A stretch of DNA of 64,000 bases. It comes from Terriglobia bacterium (GTDB lineage Bacteria; Acidobacteriota; Terriglobia; Bryobacterales; Bryobacteraceae). How positions within the stretch are numbered: the stretch's first letter is position 1; the number at the start of each line of letters is the position of its first letter. A model generated the notes under the pieces. The model searched no databases. It was not told the origin of the DNA and was given only the letters and a program-made list of their open reading frames with translations. Made by a program: the position numbers and the translations under genes. The stretch covers positions 45,802 through 109,801 of the forward strand of contig CAVYHD010000022.1 in assembly GCA_963768075.1 (NCBI GenBank), read 5' to 3'. Shown here in pieces: positions 31,564 through 41,388 of this stretch.

Positions 31564-31627
31564 CACCGTCTGTGACCGCAACCGTGCTCGCGCACTTCGC
31601 TGATGTGCACGCTCGGCCTACCCGTCC

Positions 31628-32104
31628 ATGAGCGATACTGAGGCTGCTCTCTCACCGGGTCAGCCGGCAAACAGGCGTTCTTTCCGGCCGAGCGCGTGGA
31701 TGAGTTTGTCGGTTCTAACGGTATTCCTGTGGGGGCTATGGGGCCTGGAATCGAAGTTCATCGTCGAGCGCATTTCGCCTCTCATGAACCAGGTGATCTT
31801 TCCCCTAGGCTTTCTACCGGCGCTGATTTTTGTCTTGTTTTCAAAAAATGTTCGCAAGGCATCCGACCACTTACGCGGTGGCTTCTGGGCACTTCTTACG
31901 GGTATTCTCGGCGGAACCGGAAACATCGCTTTTTGTATTTCGCTTGCTTCCGGAGGAAAGGCTGCCGTGGTAGTGCCGTTGGTTGGTCTGGCGCCGCTGG
32001 TCACGGTGATTCTGGCTGCATTGTGGTTGAAAGAATCGGTCACGCGGATACAAATCATCGGCCTCGTTCTCGCGCTGCTCTCGATTTACCTATTGAGTAT
32101 CTGA
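31628..32104 (+). CDS. Half-size DMT/EamA-like transporter subunit
   Basis: Single EamA-like domain. 'GGKAAVVVPLVGLAPLVTVILAALWLKE'. Confidence 0.75.
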   Translation: MSDTEAALSPGQPANRRSFRPSAWMSLSVLTVFLWGLWGLESKFIVERISPLMNQVIFPLGFLPALIFVLFSKNVRKASDHLRGGFWALLTGILGGTGNIAFCISLASGGKAAVVVPLVGLAPLVTVILAALWLKESVTRIQIIGLVLALLSIYLLSI

Positions 32105-32105
32105 T

Positions 32106-32552
32106 ATGCAGCACTGGTTTCTGCTCGCATCCATCGCCCTGGTTTTCTTCGGTATTACCGGCATCACTCAAAAATTGAGCACGAACAGCATTTCGTTTGA
32201 GCTTTCGTTCGTCTGGTTCACCGTGGCATTCGTGGTGATCTCCGTCGTGATCGCCGCGACAATGACTTTGGACTGGCGTATTTCGCCCGCGCTGGTGGCG
32301 CTAGCGGCCCTAGGAGGGCTGCTCAACGGACTCGGTGCGCTTACCAGTTTCGCTGCCCTCAAGCAGGGTGGCAAAGCATCGGTCGTAATACCAATCATTA
32401 ACCTGTACCCATTGGTGACTATTGCCGGTGCACGGATATTCTTCGGCGAGCGCCTTACGGTCCCACAAATTGCCGGTATCATTTGTGCGCTGCTCGCTGT
32501 GGTTCTCCTCGCGCAAGAACCGAAACCGCAATCTGGAGTGAACATTACATGA
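32106..32552 (+). CDS. Half-size DMT/EamA-like transporter subunit (partner)
   Basis: Starts 1 nt after the previous stop. 'GGKASVVIPIINLYPLVTIAGARIFFGE'. Confidence 0.75.
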   Translation: MQHWFLLASIALVFFGITGITQKLSTNSISFELSFVWFTVAFVVISVVIAATMTLDWRISPALVALAALGGLLNGLGALTSFAALKQGGKASVVIPIINLYPLVTIAGARIFFGERLTVPQIAGIICALLAVVLLAQEPKPQSGVNIT

Positions 32553-32582
32553 AGCTGTCGATTAAGCCGTGGAATTCCAACC

Positions 32583-33722
32583 ATGAAGATAACTGATATC
32601 GAAGCAACTCACCTGCGGTGTGAAGACCCCAACATTGGTCTGTTCGACGGCTCCTACGATGATTGCGTCATTCGAGTGACCACGGACGAAGGAATTACCG
32701 GGATTGCCGAAGTGGAGTCTCTGGCCCCCGCGATCCAGGCCATTATCAATGCCGAGCCCGCTCATTGTCACGCCTACGGTCTACGAAAGCTGCTCCGCGG
32801 CCGGGATCCCACCGAAATCGGGGAACTGTGGCAACTCATGTATGAGGCCACCGACTACATCGGACGCCGCGGAATTGTGATGCACGCGATCGGCGGTATC
32901 GATATCGCGTTGTGGGACATTTTGGGGCAGGCCGAGCGGAAACCCATCGCGGAACTTCTGGGCGGAATCAAGCGGGACCGCATCGAGGCATACGGCACCA
33001 TTTATCCGATGGCCCGAACTCCGGAAGCCGTGGCATGTCAAGTTGGGGATGCCATGAGCCGGTTGCGGTTGCGCAACATCAAATTTGCAGCGGACCCCTG
33101 GTGGATGGAAGATCTGGACCTCACGGCGCGGCTGCTCGAGTCCGCGCGCTCAACGCTGGGCCGGGAAGGCAAAATGATCATCGATGCGGCACTGGCGTAT
33201 CACACCGCTGAAGAAGGCCTGCGGCTGATTCCCATTTTTCGCGCCGTGAATGTCGCCTTTCTCGAAGCGCCGCTGCCGCTAGACGATATCGAGGGGCACG
33301 CTCGAATGGCGGAAGCCGGCCTTCCGCTTGGCGTGGGAGACCTCGGGTTCACCCATGTGAACGAATTCATTGATGCCATGGATCGTGGCTGCGCGTCGAT
33401 TTGCCAGCCCGACATCACCATGGTCGGCGGATTCACAGGCATGATACGTATTGCTGACGCCGCCCGGAAGCGGAACAAGCGTGTCGTGCCGCATGGCTAT
33501 AAGTCAAACATTGAGATCGCGGCTAATCTGCAGTTTCTAGCCAACCACTGGACTGCGGAATTGCTCGAGTATTCCACCAGCAAGTCGCCCTTACGCTGGG
33601 AGATGTGTGAAGAGGCGATTCCGGTGTGCCCGGACGGTCTGGTAGAGGTTCCGCGCCGTCCTGGTCTCGGCGTCCGTCTCAACCAGGCGACTGTGGAGCG
33701 CTACCGCGTGCCGGGACGATAG
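32583..33722 (+). CDS. Enolase-superfamily enzyme (mandelate racemase / sugar-acid dehydratase type)
   Basis: 'MKITDIEA...VIRVTTDEGITGIAE' and 'GGIDIALWDILGQAERKPIAELLGG'. Confidence 0.9.
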   Translation: MKITDIEATHLRCEDPNIGLFDGSYDDCVIRVTTDEGITGIAEVESLAPAIQAIINAEPAHCHAYGLRKLLRGRDPTEIGELWQLMYEATDYIGRRGIVMHAIGGIDIALWDILGQAERKPIAELLGGIKRDRIEAYGTIYPMARTPEAVACQVGDAMSRLRLRNIKFAADPWWMEDLDLTARLLESARSTLGREGKMIIDAALAYHTAEEGLRLIPIFRAVNVAFLEAPLPLDDIEGHARMAEAGLPLGVGDLGFTHVNEFIDAMDRGCASICQPDITMVGGFTGMIRIADAARKRNKRVVPHGYKSNIEIAANLQFLANHWTAELLEYSTSKSPLRWEMCEEAIPVCPDGLVEVPRRPGLGVRLNQATVERYRVPGR

Positions 33723-33724
33723 AA

Positions 33725-34489
33725 ATGATTCCCTTCGACCAGAAAGTCGCCCTCATTACTGGTGCCGCGCAGGGCATAGGTCGCGGTATTGCTGAGGCTT
33801 TTGCCGAGGCGGGCGCCAGCGTTGCCCTTTTTGATGTGAACGGGGCAGGCGCAATCGAGGCAGCCAGCCGCATTTCCGTGCGTGGGAAGGCGCTGGCCAT
33901 CTCCGGAGACGTGGCTCGCGAAGAGGACGTCGGCGCCGCCTGCGAACAGGTTTTTAGGCAATTCGGTTCCCTCGACGTCGTCGTGAATAATGCCGGCATC
34001 GAAACCGGGGGGAATGCTGTGAATCTGGCTCTGTCGGATTGGGACCGTCTTATGGCGGTCAATCTCCGTGGAGCCTTTCTATTCGCGAAGCATTCCATTC
34101 CGTTCATGCGTGGCAAGGGCGGAGCCATTGTGAACATCTCCTCCGTGCATGCCTTAGTGTCCTATCCGGAAGACGCGGCCTACGACGCGTCCAAAGCTGG
34201 TCTTATTGGATTGACGCGGGCGCTGGCACTAGATCACGGCAAAGACGGTGTTCGCGTCAACGCCATCTGTCCCGGGTACATTGAGACGCCCCTGCACCAT
34301 AAGTGGCTGGACGCGCTGCCCAATCCGGAGGAGGCTATGAAGGAGGTATTGAAATTCCATCCTGCCGGCCGCATCGGTACGCCGTGGGATGTAGCGCAGG
34401 CTGTGTTGTTTCTGGCGTCCGACGCCGCAAGCTTTATCACCGGCACGTATTTAGTGGTGGACGGCGGAATGACGGCAGGTGGCCACTGA
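33725..34489 (+). CDS. SDR-family oxidoreductase
   Basis: 'ALITGAAQGIGRG', 'NNAGI', and the 'Y-x3-K' motif in 'AAYDASKAG'. Confidence 0.9.
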   Translation: MIPFDQKVALITGAAQGIGRGIAEAFAEAGASVALFDVNGAGAIEAASRISVRGKALAISGDVAREEDVGAACEQVFRQFGSLDVVVNNAGIETGGNAVNLALSDWDRLMAVNLRGAFLFAKHSIPFMRGKGGAIVNISSVHALVSYPEDAAYDASKAGLIGLTRALALDHGKDGVRVNAICPGYIETPLHHKWLDALPNPEEAMKEVLKFHPAGRIGTPWDVAQAVLFLASDAASFITGTYLVVDGGMTAGGH

Positions 34490-34552
34490 GCCAAGCTGGT
34501 AGCGCCGGTCCAGAGGACGTATGATAGGTTAGCGCAACAGAAAGACGACCTT

Positions 34553-35449
34553 ATGGTGCCCTCGTCGACGCTGCTCAGCCTTGTTTGGTTTACCCCAGAG
34601 CACGAAATGACGCTCCATAGCTTCGGCTATGGTTCAGACAATTACGATGGATTACCGCACACGCATTGCGAATACTGCATCGTGATCTGCCTCAGGGGTT
34701 CCATGGAAGTCATCCGTTCGCACGAGCGGCAGCTGATCCATCCTGGCGAGTTAGTGGTCGTAAACCCCGGGGAATTGCATCGTTGCCGATTTGGGGTGCA
34801 GGAGCCGCGGTCGGAAGGACTCACGCTCATCCTTACTCGCAGAATGATGCATCACTTGATGCAATTCATGGCGTGGCCGGATTGCGGCCTCGACAGCGAC
34901 TTCTTGTTTGGCGGGAAGTACTCTCACCCGGAAGCCGCGAGCATCGCTACCAAACTGGTTGGCGAGTTGCAGGAACAAGGCCGCGGTTACAGTCTGATGA
35001 TGGAGTCTCTGGCGCGGGAGATCCTGGTTCACGTCCTGAGGTCATGGCCCGGTCACCTCGTGGTGCCCACACACCTGAACCTTAGTCCCCAATTGCGGTG
35101 GCTGCACATGCATAAAGCAATGGAGTACATGAACAGAGATGGAAAGGGAGCTTTCCGGCTATCCGCTCTGTGCACAAAACTCGGAGTAAGCCCGTCTCGT
35201 TTTACACCGCTGTTCAAGAACTCCGCGGGCGTGAGCCCGCATCTTTATTACAACTCTTTGCTGGTCTACAAGGCTCGCCGGTTGCTTCAAGAGGAGAGTT
35301 GCGCGACCAAAGAAGTGGCTCTCAAACTGGGATTCAAGTCCGTTAGTCACTTTTGCGCTCTGTTTCATCAGATCACCGGAGTCACGCCGCAATCCGAGTC
35401 CCCGTTGAGAAAAATGAGCTTGGACGGAATTCCATCGGGTTGGGACTGA
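34553..35449 (+). CDS. AraC-family transcriptional regulator (cupin + HTH)
   Basis: C-terminal 'LSALCTKLGVSPSRFTPLFKNSAGVSPHLYYNSLLVYKARRLL...LGFKSVSHFCALFHQITGVTP'. Confidence 0.85.
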   Translation: MVPSSTLLSLVWFTPEHEMTLHSFGYGSDNYDGLPHTHCEYCIVICLRGSMEVIRSHERQLIHPGELVVVNPGELHRCRFGVQEPRSEGLTLILTRRMMHHLMQFMAWPDCGLDSDFLFGGKYSHPEAASIATKLVGELQEQGRGYSLMMESLAREILVHVLRSWPGHLVVPTHLNLSPQLRWLHMHKAMEYMNRDGKGAFRLSALCTKLGVSPSRFTPLFKNSAGVSPHLYYNSLLVYKARRLLQEESCATKEVALKLGFKSVSHFCALFHQITGVTPQSESPLRKMSLDGIPSGWD

Positions 35450-35673
35450 TCGCGACGCCTCGACATCTGGCGCCAAGCGGCCATCGACGGATTGACGGCG
35501 GAGTCGATCGATTGCGGTGAAGGCCAAAACTTCTTGTATGAGCTGGTAAACGCCCTGGCGGCGTCTGGCGCTTCTATCGTACGCTGATTCTGGTCCTGCT
35601 AGATGGTACTCACACTCGGTTCACCAAACGGAGGTCGTACCTGAAGGCATAGACCTCAATAAGGGAGGCACCA

Positions 35674-37242
35674 ATGCACACTCGTTCCAGCCAGTCTTTC
35701 GCAGGCGTGAGCCGGCGCGATCTGTTCCGAACCGGAAGTTTAGTTGCGGCTGGCTTCGTCGGCGCCGAAACAGCTCAGGGCGCCAATGCAAAAATTCCCG
35801 ATCCGGAAGTGTACACTCGTATCGGCGTTCGCCCTTTTATCAACTGCACCGCGACGTACACCATTAACGGCGGCTCGCAGATGCTGCCGGAGGTGATCTC
35901 CACGATCGCGCAGGCCTCCTACCACCACGTGAACCTCGACGAGTTGATGGAGAAAGTCGGTGATCGACTCGCTGAATTGCTCCAGGCCGGATGGGGTATC
36001 GTGACGGCTGGGACAGCAGCGGCCCTGACCCACGCCACTGCTGGCTGCTTAGCGGGAACAGATCCGGAAAAAATTCAGCGGCTACCGAACCTGGAGGGAT
36101 TGAAGAATGAAGTCATCATGCCGCGTGAATCCCGCAACGTGTACGATCACGCCATCCGCACGCTAGGCGTGAGAATCATAGAGGTGAATTCACCCGCGGA
36201 GTTGCGCGCGGCGATCAGCCCGCACACCGCCATGATCGCCATGCTCGGCAGTTATTTCGGGCCGGTGAAATTCGATCTCAAGGACATAGCTCCCGTCGCC
36301 CGCGAGCAGAACATTCCCATCCTGGTGGACGCCGCCGCGGATTACCTGATCGTGCCCAATCCATACATCGCCTTGGGCGCCGATCTGGTAGCGTACAGTG
36401 GCGGCAAAATCATTCGTGGGCCGCAAAATGCCGGGCTGCTGATCGGCCGGCGAGACCTGGTTCGCGCGGCCTGGGCCAACAGTTCGCCCCATCACGCCTT
36501 TGGGCGCGCCCTGAAGGTGAGTAAGGAAGAAATCATGGGCATGCTGCGCGCGGTCGAGATCTGGCGCACGGAACGCGACATTCAGGCCGACTTTCGTGAG
36601 TGGGAATCCTGGTACGCCGACATTTCCGGGGTTATCACCCGCGTGCCAGGCGTTGGGGCGGAGGTTCGAGGACCCGTACGCGGCGGGCCATTTCCGGTGC
36701 TGAACGTGTCTTGGGATCCCGAAAAGATCGGCCTGACAGCCGGCCAGATCGGGCGGATGCTGCTTGAGGGCGAACCGAGAATCATGACGCACGCGGAAGG
36801 CGAAGGCCATTCATTTTTGATCCGCCCGGTCGCCATGAAGTCCGGCGAACATAAAATCGTTGCGCAGCGGCTTTTCGAGGTACTCGGCTCAGCGCCGGCG
36901 CGTAAAGAAGCGACGCAACAGAACCCGCCTTCCGTGGATATTTCTGGCAGCTGGGACGTGGAGATCGAGTATGAGGTCGGTTCCGCGCGTCACAAGCTTT
37001 TTCTTGCCGCCCAGGGAAACCACGTCACCGGGTTCCATGACGGCTGGGCATATCGGGGCGACCTTACGGGTGAAATTGACGGACATCGGGTGAAGTTGCG
37101 GAGCTCTCTTCCCGCGGATGGGAACCATCTGTCCTACGTGTTCACCGGTTCGGCCTCTGGCGAGGGAATCTCCGGCGACGTCGAGATTGGAGAATACGGC
37201 CGCGCCCACTGGCGCGCCCGGCGGCAGGCCGCCTCCACCTAA
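35674..37242 (+). CDS. SelA-fold PLP enzyme (DgaE-like) with Tat signal and a beta-rich C-terminal extension
   Basis: 'SRRDLFRTGSLVAAGFVGA' (Tat signal) and the PLP-lysine motif 'YSGGKIIRGPQNAGLL' (SelA 'SGDKLLGGPQAG'). RBS AAGGGAGG upstream. Confidence 0.8.
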   Translation: MHTRSSQSFAGVSRRDLFRTGSLVAAGFVGAETAQGANAKIPDPEVYTRIGVRPFINCTATYTINGGSQMLPEVISTIAQASYHHVNLDELMEKVGDRLAELLQAGWGIVTAGTAAALTHATAGCLAGTDPEKIQRLPNLEGLKNEVIMPRESRNVYDHAIRTLGVRIIEVNSPAELRAAISPHTAMIAMLGSYFGPVKFDLKDIAPVAREQNIPILVDAAADYLIVPNPYIALGADLVAYSGGKIIRGPQNAGLLIGRRDLVRAAWANSSPHHAFGRALKVSKEEIMGMLRAVEIWRTERDIQADFREWESWYADISGVITRVPGVGAEVRGPVRGGPFPVLNVSWDPEKIGLTAGQIGRMLLEGEPRIMTHAEGEGHSFLIRPVAMKSGEHKIVAQRLFEVLGSAPARKEATQQNPPSVDISGSWDVEIEYEVGSARHKLFLAAQGNHVTGFHDGWAYRGDLTGEIDGHRVKLRSSLPADGNHLSYVFTGSASGEGISGDVEIGEYGRAHWRARRQAAST

Positions 37243-37725
37243 CCGGAAAACGGCATCGGGCTGTTCTTGCCTGATCTTTGCCTTCATGCACGGCTGCCTT
37301 CCAGCGATCCTCCCGTGGACACGGCGGCCAATGCTCTCGAAATCCATTTTGCCGCCGGTTCCGTATTACCCAATGAAAGGCGCCTCACCTGAGAAGGCGC
37401 AAACCAAGGGGATAAACGTGCGGAAATACATTTTGCCGGCGCTGTTGACCGCTTGTTTTCGCTCAAGCCCTTCGTCAATGAAACGCTTACATTGTGGCCG
37501 CGGTGGATGATTTCGACGCTCTAGTACAAGTTTGCCGGTGTCGTTGCACACGTTCATGGTCAGCGATCGCTGGACCTATTTCTCGGGCCGTTCCCTTCGG
37601 CGTGTGGGGCCGCGCGAGCAGCCGTCCTCTGGTCCGTGCGCTTATTTTTTGATAAAACTTATGATCATTGGTCGGACGTAGAGCCGAATGCAAGGCAAGC
37701 TCCAACATCGGTGCGTGGCGGAATA

Positions 37726-38310
37726 ATGCTCCCGCTAATACTCGCCATTCAAGCTGGCGCTGGGGATGGTGAGCTGATCGAGCGCCTGAAGCGCCGGGAT
37801 CCGCAGGCTCTCGCCGAGCTGTACGATCGCTATGGCCGCATGGCCTACTCGCTCGTTCTGCGGGTGGTGCGCGACCGGGCCATAGCCGAGGATGTAGTGC
37901 AGGAAACATTCCTGCGCGTGTGGAATCGAGCGCACTCGATCGACTCCGACAGAGGGACAATTGGACCATGGTTGCTGGCCGTAGCCCGCAATCGGGCGAT
38001 CGACTATTTGCGCTCATCGGCGGGGCGCGATCGGCACGCGGCGGTGGAGCTGGATGAAACCGATCTCGCGCCGTTGTACCGCGAGATGGAAGCCGGTATT
38101 CTCGTCTCCGATCGGGTTCGCCGCGTTAAGGCGGCCATGGAGAAGCTTGCGCCCAATCACCGGACCGTAGTGGAGCTGGCATATTTCGAGGGCCTGTCGC
38201 AGCCGGAAATGTCGGCCAAAATGGGACAGCCTCTGGGCACGATCAAAACCTGGGTGCGGACAGCGTTGCAAAGTCTGCGCGATGAGCTGGGCGTGGCGGT
38301 GTCATCATGA
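37726..38310 (+). CDS. ECF (group 4) sigma-70 factor
   Basis: Region 2 'DVVQETFLRVW' and region 4 'ELAYFEGLSQPEMSAKMGQPLGTIKTWVRTAL'. ATG at 37726. Confidence 0.85.
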   Translation: MLPLILAIQAGAGDGELIERLKRRDPQALAELYDRYGRMAYSLVLRVVRDRAIAEDVVQETFLRVWNRAHSIDSDRGTIGPWLLAVARNRAIDYLRSSAGRDRHAAVELDETDLAPLYREMEAGILVSDRVRRVKAAMEKLAPNHRTVVELAYFEGLSQPEMSAKMGQPLGTIKTWVRTALQSLRDELGVAVSS

Positions 38311-39056
38311 ACTGCGACCAACTCCGCGAGCACTATGAACTGTACACGTTGGGCATTGCCGAAGAACCGGAGCGCGGCGAAATCCGCGATCATCTCAACC
38401 GCGGATGCGAGGTCTGTGGGGCGGGCGTGAAGCGCGCGGTGGAAACCACGGTGCTTGTGGGCGCCTCGGTGCCTTCGGCGCAGCCCTCCGCGCAGCTTCG
38501 CCGCCGGATTTTGGCTTCGGTTGGGTCGGAGCAAGGCCGCTTCGGCCTAGCTTGGACGCCTGTCGTGGCAATGGCAGCGCTGCTGCTGGTGGTGGCAGCG
38601 TACTTCGCCGTCAATAACCGCCGCAACGCGAACGACGCGGCCCGCCTGCGAGATCAGATTAGCGCGCAGACCGTCGAAATCGTCCGCCTCACCGAGGCTT
38701 TTGCGATTCTCTCCGGTCCCAGCACGACGGAGGCTTCTTTTGGAGGCCAGCAGCCCCGGCCGCCCCACGGTAAGGTGTTCGTAAGTCCCTCTCGCGGTGT
38801 TCTGCTGATAGCATCCAACCTTCCGCGCACACCCGCCGACAAGATATACGAGATGTGGATTATCCCCAAAGGCGCCAAGCCCGTTCCGGCTGGCCTGTTC
38901 CAGTCACAGGACGACGGCAGTGCGATGCACGTCCGGGCTGGAATTGTGGACCTGGCGTCCACTGCCGCGGTGGCTGTCACCGTGGAGAACGAAGCCGGCG
39001 CCGATCAGCCCAGTGTGCAGCCGCTGATTGTCGCACCGCTCCCGAGCGTAAACTGA
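38307..39056 (+). CDS. Anti-sigma factor (zf-HC2 N-terminus, one TM segment, RskA-like C-terminus)
   Basis: ATGA overlap with the sigma gene. 'H-x3-C-x2-C' motif in 'DHLNRGCEVCG'. 'YEMWIIPKGAKPVPAGLF' is RskA-like. Confidence 0.8.
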   Translation: MNCDQLREHYELYTLGIAEEPERGEIRDHLNRGCEVCGAGVKRAVETTVLVGASVPSAQPSAQLRRRILASVGSEQGRFGLAWTPVVAMAALLLVVAAYFAVNNRRNANDAARLRDQISAQTVEIVRLTEAFAILSGPSTTEASFGGQQPRPPHGKVFVSPSRGVLLIASNLPRTPADKIYEMWIIPKGAKPVPAGLFQSQDDGSAMHVRAGIVDLASTAAVAVTVENEAGADQPSVQPLIVAPLPSVN

Positions 39057-39122
39057 TGAACCTGAGTTTCCGGGCGCCCTGGAAATGCTCGCTGACGAGG
39101 GTACGGTTGCGCAGCACTCGAT

Positions 39123-40403
39123 CTACCCGGCCAAGCGTCTGGCAACGATCAGCGTGATGTCGTCGTGCTGCTCTCCCGGGCTGAACGCCGGACTTCGTCA
39201 ACAATCGCCGCGAGCAAGTCTGAGGAAGACGTTCCCGATGCCGCCGCAGCGCTCCGATCAGCCGCCGTTCGCCGAATTCCTCTTCCGCATCGTTGAACGA
39301 TTCAGTGACGCCATCGGTGTAGAGTGGCGAGGGTGTCACCGGAGAGCAGCCGCCGCTCGCCAATCGAACAATTCCATTCCTGGAACAGTCCCAACACCGT
39401 GGCCGTGGAATCGAGCCGTTCGAGCATGTTATCGCTCCGCAGAAGAAGAGCGCAAAGATGCCCGCAATTGGCGTACCGCAAGCGGCCTGATTGATCGTCA
39501 TACTCGGCGAAAAAGAGCGTTGCGTACGCGTTCTCAGCCGTATTTTCGAAAAAGAGCTGATTCACCGAACGCAGGAAGCGCTGCGGCTGATCCAGAGCGA
39601 TAGCGCACTGGCTGCGCAGATTCGCCTGCAAGATTGGCCATCAGCAGACGCGGCGGCGATTCCTTTTCCGGCGATATCGCCGACCACTAACCCGAGCCGC
39701 CCTCGCCCAGATCCAGGAAATCGTAGTAATCGCCCCCAACCTGGCGTGCCTGGATGCAAATGCCGGCGTACTCAAGTGTGGGGAGTGGCGGTAGCGTCTG
39801 GGGAAAAAGCCTGGCCTGCACTTGTTTCGCGATTGCCAGTTCATGGGCGGTGCGGCGTTCGGATTCCAGCTTTTCAGCCGCGGCGCGACGTTGTGCCTCG
39901 ACGGCCCGGCTCACTTCGTCGAAGCTCACCAGCGCAAAGGAATTCCGATCCACATCTTCGAACCGGGTGAAACTCCGCCCCAAAGCGGAGCCTGTTCCGC
40001 GCGCTGCATGGATGGTTCGCCGGAACCCCGCTCTGGCCGTTCATATTTCATGCGCCGCAAGCGTGGTGTATGACGAAAGCGAACTCCGCGCCTGCTCCAT
40101 TCACGAAACTTCGCGGTGACATCTTCCGTAACAAAGACAACCTGCGTGGCGCGGCCGATGAGCTTGTGCTCAGGCGTTCCGGGATGAGGTGCGATCAATG
40201 CGAGCACCGCGGTCCCATCCGGAGGCGCGACGGCTACCCAGCGCTGGCCGGTTGGAAGGCGGGCGTCGAAAGCCAGAGTTAAATCCGAGCTGGTCCAGAT
40301 AGAATCGCAGGCTGCGATCCTGATCGCGAACGAAAACATTGACTGCGTGAATGCCGAGGTAGGGAGACTCGCGCTCGAGGTCAGACGTAGGAGAACTGCC
40401 CAT
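39123..40403 (-). pseudogene. VOC (glyoxalase-fold) domain fused to a SpoIIE/PP2C serine phosphatase; about 7 frame breaks
   Basis: The pieces read 'IHAVNVFVRDQDRSLRFYLDQLGF', 'LAFDARLPTGQRWVAVAPPDGTAVLALI', 'WGG'+'FTRFEDVDRNSFALV', 'AKQVQARLFPQ', 'GGDYYDF', 'LGLVVGDIAGKGIAAA', 'YANCGH', 'LYTDGVTESFN' and 'HDDITLIVARRLAG'. Breaks lie near 40285, 39990, 39695, 39640, 39305, 39215 and 39180. Confidence 0.7.
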
Positions 40404-40413
40404 CGCGCGCTGG

Positions 40414-41301
40414 CTATTCGGGAGGCTGCAAAATGCCGCTGTCCGCCAGCCAGTCAGCAAGCCGCTGCGGCCAGCCCTTCAGCGTCGCAAGTTTCGACCG
40501 GTATCCCATATTGAAGCCGTGGCCGCCGCGCGCGAAGATATGGGCCTCCATGGGAACCTTGGCTGCGCGGTACGCTTCAATGAGTTTCACTATTGGAGCG
40601 GAACAGCATTCATCATCATCCGCTGCGAGCAAGAAGGCAGGCGGCGCATCCGGAGGGACGGCGGTAGGAATCCCAAGCGGCCCTGGATAAATCTGGATGA
40701 TGAAGTTCGGACGCGCGCTTTGCCGGTCGATGGGATCAGCCGCATTCGGATCGCCATCGGTTGGAGTGAACGTAACCCAGGAGACGACTTCGCCGCCCGC
40801 CGAGAATCCCATGATGCCGATCCGCTTTGGATCGAGCCCCCATTCTTGCGCGCGGCTGCGCACCAGGCGCATGGCGCGCTGCCCGTCTTGGCGCGGATGT
40901 ATTTCAAGCGAGTACGGCGAGCCTTCCTCTCGAGGCAGGCGATACTTGAGCGCGAAAGCGGCAATGCCAAGACTCTTCAGGTATCGCGCGGGCTCATCGC
41001 CCTCCGCTTTGAAGACCAAGAGCCGGTGCCCGCCGCCCGGACAGATGACGACCGCCGCGCCCGTCGCCTTCTCCTTCGGAGGCAGGTACACCGTGATGGA
41101 CGGGTTGTTGATGTTGCGAATCCAGTAGTCTTTCGCAAGTTCGGGCTCATTGCGCCGGCTTTCGAACCCGGGCGCTCCGTTCGGCCAAAGCGGGACCTGC
41201 TGAGGTTGCTCCTGCGCCCGCACCGGCGCAATGGCGATACCCGCGAGCGGCCAGAGAATGAGCACGAATGACTTCCTGGTCCGGGAAACCCGAGCGGCCA
41301 T
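40414..41301 (-). CDS. Secreted alpha/beta hydrolase (esterase)
   Basis: Signal peptide and nucleophile elbow 'IMGFSAGG'. 'HGFN' lies near the C-terminus. Confidence 0.85.
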   Translation of the reverse strand: MAARVSRTRKSFVLILWPLAGIAIAPVRAQEQPQQVPLWPNGAPGFESRRNEPELAKDYWIRNINNPSITVYLPPKEKATGAAVVICPGGGHRLLVFKAEGDEPARYLKSLGIAAFALKYRLPREEGSPYSLEIHPRQDGQRAMRLVRSRAQEWGLDPKRIGIMGFSAGGEVVSWVTFTPTDGDPNAADPIDRQSARPNFIIQIYPGPLGIPTAVPPDAPPAFLLAADDDECCSAPIVKLIEAYRAAKVPMEAHIFARGGHGFNMGYRSKLATLKGWPQRLADWLADSGILQPPE

Positions 41302-41388
41302 GTCTGAACCTCGACTCCGAATTATAGTCGTTGGCGGTGCGAGTTAGCATCCTCCGGTCAGCGCTCTCCACCATAACCCAGGCGCGCG

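Noticed and set aside
37118-37510. 130-aa ORF in the long gap upstream of the ECF sigma gene
   Set aside because: It has no RBS and an odd composition, and it overlaps an equally poor antisense ORF. The region more likely holds the sigma-factor promoter and leader, and I could not identify a convincing GGAAC...CGTC ECF promoter either.
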